From assembly GCA_026396615.1 (NCBI GenBank), contig JAPLWK010000011.1, positions 962 through 64,961 of the forward strand: a stretch of DNA of 64,000 bases. Reading direction: 5' to 3'. The notes beneath the pieces were generated by a model. The model was given only the letters and a program-made list of their open reading frames with translations, was not told where the DNA came from and searched no databases. Both the position numbers and the translations under genes were made by a program. The stretch comes from a candidate division WWE3 bacterium. GTDB taxonomy: Bacteria > Patescibacteriota > WWE3 > JAPLWK01. Below, piece by piece: positions 54,366-63,248 of this stretch; within the stretch, counting starts at the first letter, position 1, and every line of letters starts with the position of its first letter.

Positions 54366-54553
54366 GCAGAACGGGCAATCGCCGCATCCTTTGCCGTCAA
54401 GATTTTAACAACCACCCCCATCTGTACCATTACAAAATCTCCAACTTTAACATCTTCTCCACCAGCTAGGGCGTCGCGCGTTTGACCCGGATAGGCGACC
54501 GTCACCCGCTGGCCTTCAACATTTAGAATCTTCCCAGGAATTGCAAGGCACAT
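54347..54553 (-). CDS. hypC: hydrogenase maturation factor HypC/HupF
   Basis: MCLAIPGKILNVEG… gives the obligatory Cys2 and the MCLAIP start. …VGDFVMVQMGVVV. Confidence 0.8.
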   Translation of the reverse strand: MCLAIPGKILNVEGQRVTVAYPGQTRDALAGGEDVKVGDFVMVQMGVVVKILTAKDAAIARSAWEVRT

Positions 54554-54576
54554 ATTCTGCTATCATTATAGATGTT

Positions 54577-55086
54577 ATGGACCAGACAGTCACGAGTATC
54601 TTAAGTAAGAAGTTGGTGGTTGGTTGGTTCTCGTTCACTTGCTCCGAGGATAGCACGATACTCTTGACGGAAATGCTTAACACTCATTTTGATGATTGGG
54701 TTAAATTAGTTGAGTTTAAACATTTTAAAACTCTAAAATCCGACAATGATTTATCAAATCTGGACGTGGCTTTTATCGAAGGGGCAATTTCATCCGATTC
54801 CCAAGCCGTGGACGTTAAAAAGATTCGAGAGAATGCTAAATACGTGGTGGCCATTGGCGCTTGCGCTTGTACAGGGATGCCATCGAGTTCCCGGAATGCT
54901 TTTGGGGACAAAGAAATGACCGGAAAAATAGGAGACTATTTTAAACGTTTTGATTACAGTGCTAAAGTGCAAAAGTTAGAAGATGTTATTAAAGTAGACG
55001 ATAAAGTCGATGGCTGCCCAATGAATGCCGCCAAATTTACTGAAGTTTTGAGTAAATACCTAACATTATTTAAGATAAATAATTAA
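54577..55086 (+). CDS. [NiFe]-hydrogenase small subunit (minimal, NuoB-like, single proximal cluster)
   Basis: FSFTCSEDS, GACACTG and GCPMN supply four Cys, as in NuoB/HycG-type small subunits. The ORF track starts at 54541 and overlaps the hypC start; the internal MDQ start is likelier. Confidence 0.65.
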   Translation: MDQTVTSILSKKLVVGWFSFTCSEDSTILLTEMLNTHFDDWVKLVEFKHFKTLKSDNDLSNLDVAFIEGAISSDSQAVDVKKIRENAKYVVAIGACACTGMPSSSRNAFGDKEMTGKIGDYFKRFDYSAKVQKLEDVIKVDDKVDGCPMNAAKFTEVLSKYLTLFKINN

Positions 55087-55140
55087 CGCTCTCTTCGTTC
55101 GCTACCAATTTATCGAGGCGAAAATTGTAAAAATTACGAT

Positions 55141-56442
55141 ATGCATCAAGAAGAAATCACGATTGAAAATATCACAAAGATTGAGGGCACTGCGGGCCTG
55201 AATGTAACTGTCACTGACGGCAAAGTTACGGATCTTAAATTTATAATTAAAGATTACCGTCGTTTTTATACCGAAGCCGTAAAGGGTAAACCAATTGTGG
55301 CCGCCCCGGCGTTTCTATCGCGAATTTGTGGCACTTGTTCCGTGGCCCATACTTTTGCCGCCATTAAAGCTCTAGAAAAATCACAGGGTATTGAAGTTTC
55401 GGAGCAAACAAAGCTCCTGCGACGTCTCGCTTACGACGGTCTGATGATTAGAGACCATGCCCTTCACCTTTACTTTTTCGTTCTACCAGACGTTCTTGGC
55501 ATCGATTCAATTTTGGACATCTCCGACGATCACGATGACCCGGCCCACACTCTTCTTCACGATTCTTTCGATATAAAAAAATTGGGATCAGATATTACAG
55601 ACGCCATAATTGGCGCCGCTATTCATGCTCCCTACCCTACCGTTGGTGGCTTCCTTAAACTTCCGGACCAATCCAAGTTCGCGGATCTGATCACCCGTTT
55701 GGAAAGAATTCGACCCCAAGTCATCCGTGGTATTAAAACCTTCGCGGAGTACCCTGCGACTCTCACCCGCAACTCCGACTACCTAGCTCTTCGAAATGAC
55801 AAGCAGTACGATTTTCTAAACGGCGAAATCATTAACTCTAGCGGTAAGAAAGTCCCAGAAAAGCAGTTTCACGATTTTCTAAAATCGGTAGTTATTCCCT
55901 ATTCTCAAGCCGAGGGCTACGTCTTTTCCGACAGTCATGAAGATTATTTAGTGGGGTCCTTAGCCCGAATAAATTTCAATAAAGATTTACTGAATCCACT
56001 AGTGAAAGCGGAAGCTAATGAATACTTAGGACTCTTCCCCTCAAATAATATTTACCATAATAATTTAGCTCAAGCGATTGAAATTTTACAATGTGTGGAA
56101 GACGCCTTAAGTATTCTGAAGACTTTAAAAATAGTTGATGAAAAACCGATCCGAAAACCGCCTCAAGCCGGTATTGGTGTGGGTGTCGTTGAGGCCCCTC
56201 GCGGCACGCTCTACCACATGGCTAAAGTGAACGGCTCTGGAATAATTGAAGATTATGATGTTATAGTTCCCACAGCCCAAAATCAAATAAATATCGAAAA
56301 TGATTTAAAGAAATATTTTAACGAGAATTTAAGTAAAGATCGTAAAATTTTAAAATTAGAAGCCGAAAAAATTATTCGAGCCTATGACCCATGCATGTCT
56401 TGTGCCACTAACTTTTTAAAAATCGAATGGACCGACGAGTAA
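55141..56442 (+). CDS. [NiFe]-hydrogenase large subunit
   Basis: N-terminal L1 motif RICGTCSVAH and C-terminal L2 motif DPCMSCATN. A 12-aa tail follows, consistent with endopeptidase processing. Confidence 0.85.
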   Translation: MHQEEITIENITKIEGTAGLNVTVTDGKVTDLKFIIKDYRRFYTEAVKGKPIVAAPAFLSRICGTCSVAHTFAAIKALEKSQGIEVSEQTKLLRRLAYDGLMIRDHALHLYFFVLPDVLGIDSILDISDDHDDPAHTLLHDSFDIKKLGSDITDAIIGAAIHAPYPTVGGFLKLPDQSKFADLITRLERIRPQVIRGIKTFAEYPATLTRNSDYLALRNDKQYDFLNGEIINSSGKKVPEKQFHDFLKSVVIPYSQAEGYVFSDSHEDYLVGSLARINFNKDLLNPLVKAEANEYLGLFPSNNIYHNNLAQAIEILQCVEDALSILKTLKIVDEKPIRKPPQAGIGVGVVEAPRGTLYHMAKVNGSGIIEDYDVIVPTAQNQINIENDLKKYFNENLSKDRKILKLEAEKIIRAYDPCMSCATNFLKIEWTDE

Positions 56443-56786
56443 TCAACTTCTGGTGACATCGGTAGCCCAACGATCGTAACTTTTCCTAACCTCCCTAATT
56501 TTTTTAAATATTTGAGCTGCAACCCTAAATCAAAATCATGGGCCGAATTCCGCGGTGACAGACTCAAATGATTAAGTTCCATGTCAGACAAGACTTTGGA
56601 AAAGTCTAGTCCAGCGATGACGTCCAAGATAACAACATCCTCAGAATTTTCAAAAGGCAAATCCGCATTCGGTTTTACAAATTCAAACTTAATTTGACCA
56701 CCAAAATCAACCACCAACTTTTTAGCAACCTCCATCGCCAATTTATCTTCGTTAACATCTTCATTTCCAAAAACGTAAACATTCAT
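56382..56786 (-). CDS. hydrogenase maturation endopeptidase (HycI/HybD family)
   Basis: MNVYVFGNEDVNEDKLAMEVAKKL…ILDV, a length typical of the family. Its 3' end overlaps the large-subunit 3' end by 61 nt. Confidence 0.65.
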   Translation of the reverse strand: MNVYVFGNEDVNEDKLAMEVAKKLVVDFGGQIKFEFVKPNADLPFENSEDVVILDVIAGLDFSKVLSDMELNHLSLSPRNSAHDFDLGLQLKYLKKLGRLGKVTIVGLPMSPEVDYSSVHSIFKKLVAQDMHGS

Positions 56787-56805
56787 ATAGTGAATAGATT
56801 CGATC

Positions 56806-56832
56806 GTAGGGGCTTAGCCTGCTAAGCCCGCA
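56806..56832. repeat. family-2-like GC hairpin (GTAGGGGCTTAGCCTGCTAAGCCCGC)
   Basis: Read directly. It lies in the intergenic region between the protease gene and the 56870 ORF. Confidence 0.6.
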
Positions 56833-56869
56833 ACGATTAGTATATAATAAAGACATTAAAGGAGAACAA

Positions 56870-57562
56870 ATGGACAATAAAGCCTTAGGATTATTAGTAA
56901 GATTCGCACTGTCGGCCAAGTGCTCATCGGAGATTAATACGCAGCTGCTTCTAGACTGTATAAAAACCGGTAATTACACAGGAGTAGAAACCGAACTTAA
57001 AAAATTTAAGTTTCTTTACTCCTATTTACGCTTAATCTCTGAAGTGTTTGTTACTTCGCCATTTACTTACGAAGTGGCACGTGCCTACTGCTTTGGAGAC
57101 AGCAGACTAACAAAATTCGAACATTTCCACTTTTTAAGGCTACTGCAGATATATAAGGAGCAAGGAGTAAAACCACAACTCATCGATAGGCTTCGAACAA
57201 ATTTACTAAATAAATTTGTACCCCACCACGACCAAAAGGTGCTACATGCCGACGTTATTTTGGTTGGATTAACTGGAACCGAGGCGACAGATGCAGCCAA
57301 TAAATGTCTGGTCCGTGAAGGAACGGTTACGGATATTTTGAATGGATTTGTTACGTTAACTTTGCGCTCGGTAAACCACGTCGGAGGTACATTCAAACCG
57401 AAGACTTTGACTGAAGAGTTGCTGGTAGCTCGTTGTTTCGTAAGCGGAATTAAGGTTGGTGACACTGTGGCAGTTCATGGCGGATACATTATCGCTATTT
57501 TAACAAAAGAGGAGAAGAAAAAGATTGAAGACGCCTTAAAGTTGGTACTTAAGTCGTTTTAA
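56870..57562 (+). CDS. hypothetical protein with HypC-like C-terminal OB domain
   Basis: The C-terminal …RCFVSGIKVGDTVAVHGGYIIAIL parallels HypC (…KVGDYVLVHVGFAI…) but has no N-terminal Cys2. The ~150-aa N-terminal region is unassigned. Confidence 0.4.
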   Translation: MDNKALGLLVRFALSAKCSSEINTQLLLDCIKTGNYTGVETELKKFKFLYSYLRLISEVFVTSPFTYEVARAYCFGDSRLTKFEHFHFLRLLQIYKEQGVKPQLIDRLRTNLLNKFVPHHDQKVLHADVILVGLTGTEATDAANKCLVREGTVTDILNGFVTLTLRSVNHVGGTFKPKTLTEELLVARCFVSGIKVGDTVAVHGGYIIAILTKEEKKKIEDALKLVLKSF

Positions 57563-57804
57563 TTTAAAGGCCAAACGATTTTACCAGTTTCGTCGGTAAT
57601 GATAATGGCCTTGGTGGGACAGGACTGAGCTGCGAGTAGCAAGTTTTCAGGACTGTCCCCACTTTTTTCCGAAATGACCGCTTTATTCTCACCATCAAGC
57701 GTAAAGGTGTCGGGAGAAACCGCCAGACAAGAAGCCGCCCCAATGCACAAACTTCGAATGACTTGCAACTTATATTTTCCCACTTGCACCACTCTATCTT
57801 CCAT
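57559..57804 (-). CDS. small ferredoxin (single [3Fe/4Fe-4S] cluster type)
   Basis: 81 aa, …SLCIGAASCLAVSPD…AAQSCPTKAI. This is the CxxxxxC…CP pattern of single-cluster Fer4_13/15 ferredoxins. Confidence 0.6.
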   Translation of the reverse strand: MEDRVVQVGKYKLQVIRSLCIGAASCLAVSPDTFTLDGENKAVISEKSGDSPENLLLAAQSCPTKAIIITDETGKIVWPLN

Positions 57805-57821
57805 AAGATTACGATACCAAA

Positions 57822-58679
57822 TTAATAATACTTTGAAAACAGTTTACTTAAATCTGGTTTCGTCGGTTGACGCGATACTAATGTCTGAGACGAAATTTGA
57901 GGCACTTGCGATTCCGCGGTGGCTTTTACTTCTTTGTAAATTAGGCCAAGTGGTATCTGCTTTTCGCCCCATTCTAAAGCTTTATTAAAAGCCGTGATTT
58001 TATTAGTGTGATCATAATCTGCCGGTAATTGGTAAGTATTTTGCTGATAAAACTGATGAGTACAAACATTATTAAATGTTACGCAGGGTTGCAAAATATC
58101 GATTACTGCCAGTCCTCTATGTTCGTTGGCTTGAATAATTAAATCCGTTAAGCCATGAATATCACCGGAAAAACCACGCGCCACAAACGTTGCCCCGGAG
58201 GCAATCGCTAAAGCTAAAGGTGGAAACGGATAATCGGGATTTCCAGCAGGTGTTGATTTAGATTTAAAGCCGTGTTGTGAGGCCGGTGAAGTTTGCCCAG
58301 TGGTTAAGGCGTAAATGGCGTTATCGTGAAGTAACACAGTCAGATCATGATTCCGACGGCAGGCGTGAATAAAATGGTTGCCACCTTCCCCCAGCATGTC
58401 GCCATCTCCAGTGAACACGAAGACGTTCAAGCGATTATTGACGTATTTAACCCCTTCGGCAACGGGCAAAGCTCGACCATGTAAACCCTCAAAAGAGGTT
58501 ATTTTCGTAAAATTGACGATGTGGCCATGGCAACCAATCCCCGCGACGAGTACCGAATTGGTATTATCCCAACCTTTTGCAACGCAGGCATTTTTAAAAG
58601 CGGCCCAAATGGTTAAGTTCCCACACCCCGGGCACCAATTGGGAAAATATGGCGTGGTTAAATCTTTAAGAGAAGTCAT
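57822..58679 (-). CDS. 2-oxoacid:ferredoxin oxidoreductase beta (TPP-binding) subunit
   Basis: …NWCPGCGNLTIWAAF…GIGCHG…TGDGDMLGEGGNHF is the TPP/Fe-S subunit signature of OFOR. Confidence 0.85.
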   Translation of the reverse strand: MTSLKDLTTPYFPNWCPGCGNLTIWAAFKNACVAKGWDNTNSVLVAGIGCHGHIVNFTKITSFEGLHGRALPVAEGVKYVNNRLNVFVFTGDGDMLGEGGNHFIHACRRNHDLTVLLHDNAIYALTTGQTSPASQHGFKSKSTPAGNPDYPFPPLALAIASGATFVARGFSGDIHGLTDLIIQANEHRGLAVIDILQPCVTFNNVCTHQFYQQNTYQLPADYDHTNKITAFNKALEWGEKQIPLGLIYKEVKATAESQVPQISSQTLVSRQPTKPDLSKLFSKYY

Positions 58680-60394
58680 AATTTTTTTGATAGCACAGAA
58701 TCAATCTTAGCGGTAATTTCTTCAGGATAAATTGGCCGGCCGTCATATTTTAAAAACTGATCCGAAATTTCAATACCGGTTTTTTCGCGAATTAAAGCAG
58801 CGAGTTGAGCAGTATAATTACATTCGACATCAATAATATGTTTCGATCTCGACAAAATATCGCAAACCGCTTCGACTGGGAAAGGACTTAGCCAAGTTAA
58901 ATGTAAAAAGTTAACATTATCAAAATTTTTAAGAGTCTCTATTATCGCCCCTTTGTTGCTTCCCCAAGAAACCAATGTGACATCAGCGTCTTTCGGACCT
59001 AGCAATTCCGGATCCGGCATGTCCTCTTTAGCACAAGTAATTTCTTTCTGCTGACGTTTTTTAGTCTGCGCAACATGATTTAAAGCTTCTTCGCTAGAAA
59101 ATCCAATTTCGTTATGCTCATCAGAATTTGTGACAAAGAAATTACCGCTCCCCGGAAGGGCTCTTGGTGAAATTCCAGAATCTGTGACAGCGTAACGCTG
59201 ATAATTAGTATCAACAGGGACTGTAGATAGCGAGTTGAGCCCGGCGAAATCCTCCATAGCCGCCGCGGCGACGGAGTGATCATTCTCACATAAAGTCTTA
59301 TCAACCAGCAGAATCACCGGTGTTTGGTATTTACTGGCTAAATCCAGCGCTTGTTTAGTGAGATTAAAAGCTTCAGTGACATCACCAGCAGCTAGAACAA
59401 TTCTTGGAAACTCGCCTTGATGAGCATGTAGCACAAATTGCAAATCGCCTTGACTAGTCCACGTAGGAAGACAGGTCGCGGGACCCGGACGCATTCCTTC
59501 GATGATGACGAGTGGCGTCTCCGCCATCGCCGCGAGGCCCAGTCCTTCAGTCATTAAACAAAAACCCCCACCGGAAGTTGCAGTGAGCGCCCGCGCCCCG
59601 GCATAAGAAGCTCCAATCGCCATATTAATAGCCGCAATTTCGTCTTCCGGCTGCTTGTAAATAAAACCATACTCATTCTGTAGTGATGCAAGAACAGACA
59701 GAAGTCCAGTGATCGGAGTCATCGGGTAAATCGCCGCGAATTGCAGACCCCCGGCAATTGCCCCTAAAGCCAAGGCCTCATTGCCATTAACGACCATTCT
59801 TTGTGGAGCATCTTTGACGGAAGTTAAGACCGTTCCTAAATTCTTAGAAAAATTCTTAGTCGCATAATCGTAGCCCAATTGCGCCGCTTTCAAGTCACCC
59901 GCCACCTCCCCACCCGAAAAGTTTTTAAAAATAACTTCTTTCAGAATCGTTAAGTCGCCACCAAGCAAGGCCGCCGTCACTCCCAAAGCCACCATATTGG
60001 CAATCAGCTCGTTACTACCTATCTCGCGAGCCAACCTCGAAAGTGGTGCTTGGCAAACAACTACCTCTTTAGCTATTTTTGTGAGATCCAACTTTCGATC
60101 GATATCGATGACAATTTGTGACCCAGACGCGAGTTCTCCTCCATAACGATTAATCGTTTCCTGATTAAAAGCGATTAAAAAATCAGTAGCTAGGCGCGGC
60201 GCGGTGACCGAATCTTTCGAGATATTGATCTGCATCATATTGTGCCCGCCTTTTATGAGCGACCCGTATTCGGTGTGGGTATAAATATGGTAACCGGAGC
60301 GCGTCGCTAACTTTGCAAAAATTAAACCGGTCGACTTAATGCCCTGCCCTGCTTCACCACCAATTTTAATTGTGTAGATATTTTGACTATACAT
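58676..60394 (-). CDS. 2-oxoacid:ferredoxin oxidoreductase alpha subunit with fused N-terminal gamma domain
   Basis: The N-terminal IKIGGEAGQGIKSTGLIFAKLA matches the gamma subunit. This is followed by the alpha pyrimidine-binding and transketolase-C-like domains. Confidence 0.85.
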   Translation of the reverse strand: MYSQNIYTIKIGGEAGQGIKSTGLIFAKLATRSGYHIYTHTEYGSLIKGGHNMMQINISKDSVTAPRLATDFLIAFNQETINRYGGELASGSQIVIDIDRKLDLTKIAKEVVVCQAPLSRLAREIGSNELIANMVALGVTAALLGGDLTILKEVIFKNFSGGEVAGDLKAAQLGYDYATKNFSKNLGTVLTSVKDAPQRMVVNGNEALALGAIAGGLQFAAIYPMTPITGLLSVLASLQNEYGFIYKQPEDEIAAINMAIGASYAGARALTATSGGGFCLMTEGLGLAAMAETPLVIIEGMRPGPATCLPTWTSQGDLQFVLHAHQGEFPRIVLAAGDVTEAFNLTKQALDLASKYQTPVILLVDKTLCENDHSVAAAAMEDFAGLNSLSTVPVDTNYQRYAVTDSGISPRALPGSGNFFVTNSDEHNEIGFSSEEALNHVAQTKKRQQKEITCAKEDMPDPELLGPKDADVTLVSWGSNKGAIIETLKNFDNVNFLHLTWLSPFPVEAVCDILSRSKHIIDVECNYTAQLAALIREKTGIEISDQFLKYDGRPIYPEEITAKIDSVLSKKL

Positions 60395-60403
60395 AGATGT
60401 TTA

Positions 60404-63214
60404 TCAATACTTCTCCGTGTAAATCCTGGCGGCTTGGCAACCGTGATCGAGCATTACTTGAGAAACCGCCGCAATCATATTTTTATTCCCGCATAAATAA
60501 ACAGCGCAATTTTTAACGTCCTGTAAATCTCGAGCAACGTACTCGGTTACGAAACCGGTGTCACCTTTCCAAGTCACTTCCGGTTTATTAACCACGATTC
60601 GATACTTAAAGTTTTGATATGTACTAACCATTTTCTCAAACCAATCCTTTAAGAAAACTTCCGTTGAACTATTTAGACCTAAGAATAAAGTAACCGATTG
60701 CTCTGGATTTGATTTTAAAACCGCCTCAATCTGGCATTTTAGTGGAGCCAACCCTGATCCCGTCGCCACAAAAAGTAGTTTTGAAGCGCCGTCTTCAGGC
60801 TTTAAAGTGAAGGTTCCCAAAGGACCAAGAAAAGCGAGCTTATCGGAGGCTTTAAGAGCCGCAAAAAACTTAGAGCCTGGTCCGCCAGGTGAAGTATCAA
60901 CGAGTAGATTAAATCTATTTGAAGCTGTTGTGCCCGCAATCGAATAGCAATTAATTCGGTCACTGGCAACCTTGACGCTAACATATTGACCAGGTTGAAA
61001 ACTAAACGGTTCCACGGTTTCCAGCTCAAAATAATGATACTTGTTAGCTTCAACGACGTGGCTAATGACTGTCGCTGTCTTGAACTTTGGCCCGACGATT
61101 TGACGTGGCTGTAAAATCACTTTACCGTCCACCGCCCATACGTCATTCAAAGTTACAATAACCGGATTGATCTCAATGTCGGTAACCTCCGGCATTATTG
61201 CTATTAGTTGACTGAGCCTCACCAGCACGTCATAAAGTTTCTCCAAAGCATGCGCAGGCACTCCTTCACTTTCCTTAAGTAGTGACCAAACTTTAGAACC
61301 TTTAACTAAGTTTTCGGCGTGTGACCGGTCAATTGGCAACAAATGAAGATTTCGATCAGCGACTAGTTCAGCGAGTGACCCACCAGCCCCAAACAGCAGT
61401 ACCGGTCCGAAGGTCGGGTCACGTTTGACGCCAATAATTACCTCCACCCCACTTACCACTTCCTTTTGAATCTGAATTCCCACATTTTCCTTAATATCAT
61501 CGTCGAGACTTGAGATCTTACGTGTGAGTTCTGACCAAGCACTTTCCAACTGTCCTTCGTTATTAATGTTGACGATAACACCACCAATTTTTCGTTTATG
61601 CAGAAGGCCCGGCGACGACAATTTTAAGACGACCGGGTAACCAATCTTGGTGGCTAGTTGGCTGGCGTCAGAAAGTGACGTCACTGTGGATGTTGGCGGT
61701 GTTGGAATTCCAGCCAGTGACAACACGTTATTGGCTGCCAAATTATCAAGAGCCGGTTGCTCGGCTTTTACTGCAGACTCGATAATCTTCTCAACTTGAG
61801 TTGATATTTCATCTGAAAGTTCGGTAACCTCGGAAGTCGGAAGCCTAGAACCTACGGTTAATTGCCGCTTTCTAAACTCCCACATGGCTCCGATGGCAGC
61901 AATGGCTCGCTCTGGAAAACGAAAGGACGGGATCTGGTATTCGTTTAATTTTTGCTCCCCCTCGGCCACCAATGTGCCCCCAATAAACGAGCAAAAAATC
62001 GGTTTCTGATATTTTTTGGGTAACTTCCCTAAAGCTTCCGCTGTTTGCGCAATTTGCGTCATAATTTGGGGAGTTAATATGACAACTAACGAGTCAATAT
62101 TATTTGTTTGTAGAATAATCTCGGAGGCTGCTGCAAAGCGATCTGCCAACGCATCCCCTAAAAGATCAATTGGATTTTGAATACTCGCCGACCTTGGCAA
62201 AACGTCCAAAAGCTTTTGACGAGTAGCCTCATCAAAATGGACAAGCTCCATTCCCGCTTCTGAGGCAGCGTCGGCGCAAATCACCGCTGGTCCCCCAGCA
62301 TTAGAAATAATTGCAACTTTTGGTCCCTCTGGGAATTTAGACCAGGAAAAGGCCCGGGATAAGTCAAAAAAGTCTTCCATTGTTTGAGCCCGAATAACGC
62401 CAGCCTCTTTTAAGGCCACCTCTAAAATAGAATCGCTACCGGCAATAGAGCCCGTATGTGATTTCATTGCCGTTGCCGCCGCTTGAGTCTTCCCAGGCTT
62501 AATAATGAAAACTGGTATAGTTTTTGTAATTTCTGACGTCACCTTTAGAAATTCTGGACCGTTAGCAATCGACTCTAAATACATTCCTATCGGAGCCCTC
62601 GACTCACTCTTCTGAAAATAACGTAAAACATCATTTTCGGTAACCACCGCTTTATTCCCCAAAGTTATAAAATCACTAAAACCAAGTTGTTGCGATTTAC
62701 ACCAATCAAAAAGACTCGCAGCAATCGCTCCCGATTGCGAAATGAACCGCAGATTTCCAGTTTGTGAATAAGTTTCGCCGAAAGTGGTGTTAATTGGGCA
62801 ATCATTGTTAACGTAACCAAAACAATTTGGACCCAAAACATTCAATTGATATTTTTGAGCGATTTCTAGAAGCTGTTTCTCTAACTTCGCACCCTCATCA
62901 CCAACCTCTTTAAAGCCCGCCGTGTAAATGACGACATTTTTAATTCCAGCTTCCCCAATCTGAACCATAACCTCAAGTGCCAGTAAAGTGGGGATAGCAA
63001 TAATCGCCAACTCAGGAACTTCAGGTAAAGTTTTAATGTCGGCAAAACACGGCAAATTTCCGATTTTTTGAAGTTTAGGATTAATGGGGTAAATCTGGCC
63101 CTTAAAACCAGAGTCAATAATGTTTTTAAGGACAATCGCCCCCACTTTTTCGGGCGTTTCTGAGGCGCCAATAATAGCGACAGATTTTGGGCAGAATAGG
63201 GCAGTTAAATCCAC
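60404..63214 (-). CDS. ADP-forming acetyl-CoA synthetase (fused alpha+beta) with C-terminal FNR-like FAD/NAD(P)-binding domain
   Basis: N-terminus: CoA-binding Rossmann SVAIIGASETPEKVGAIVLKN and phospho-His loop SHTGSIAGS. Middle: ATP-grasp (YPVVLKLSSPGLLHK…). C-terminal ~235 aa: FNR-family motifs NCYSIAG (RxYS-like), GPLG, LLFVATGSGLAPL and YLCGNKNM, ending in an aromatic Tyr. Confidence 0.8.
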   Translation of the reverse strand: MDLTALFCPKSVAIIGASETPEKVGAIVLKNIIDSGFKGQIYPINPKLQKIGNLPCFADIKTLPEVPELAIIAIPTLLALEVMVQIGEAGIKNVVIYTAGFKEVGDEGAKLEKQLLEIAQKYQLNVLGPNCFGYVNNDCPINTTFGETYSQTGNLRFISQSGAIAASLFDWCKSQQLGFSDFITLGNKAVVTENDVLRYFQKSESRAPIGMYLESIANGPEFLKVTSEITKTIPVFIIKPGKTQAAATAMKSHTGSIAGSDSILEVALKEAGVIRAQTMEDFFDLSRAFSWSKFPEGPKVAIISNAGGPAVICADAASEAGMELVHFDEATRQKLLDVLPRSASIQNPIDLLGDALADRFAAASEIILQTNNIDSLVVILTPQIMTQIAQTAEALGKLPKKYQKPIFCSFIGGTLVAEGEQKLNEYQIPSFRFPERAIAAIGAMWEFRKRQLTVGSRLPTSEVTELSDEISTQVEKIIESAVKAEQPALDNLAANNVLSLAGIPTPPTSTVTSLSDASQLATKIGYPVVLKLSSPGLLHKRKIGGVIVNINNEGQLESAWSELTRKISSLDDDIKENVGIQIQKEVVSGVEVIIGVKRDPTFGPVLLFGAGGSLAELVADRNLHLLPIDRSHAENLVKGSKVWSLLKESEGVPAHALEKLYDVLVRLSQLIAIMPEVTDIEINPVIVTLNDVWAVDGKVILQPRQIVGPKFKTATVISHVVEANKYHYFELETVEPFSFQPGQYVSVKVASDRINCYSIAGTTASNRFNLLVDTSPGGPGSKFFAALKASDKLAFLGPLGTFTLKPEDGASKLLFVATGSGLAPLKCQIEAVLKSNPEQSVTLFLGLNSSTEVFLKDWFEKMVSTYQNFKYRIVVNKPEVTWKGDTGFVTEYVARDLQDVKNCAVYLCGNKNMIAAVSQVMLDHGCQAARIYTEKY

Positions 63215-63248
63215 AGGCTTAGTTTAGCAACAACCAATGCGACTGTCA

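Noticed and set aside
54541-54576. Annotated start of the hydrogenase small subunit at 54541
   Set aside because: It would make two divergent genes overlap at their start codons (hypC starts at 54553 on the other strand). The internal Met (MDQTVTSIL…) just before the first Cys motif is more plausible.
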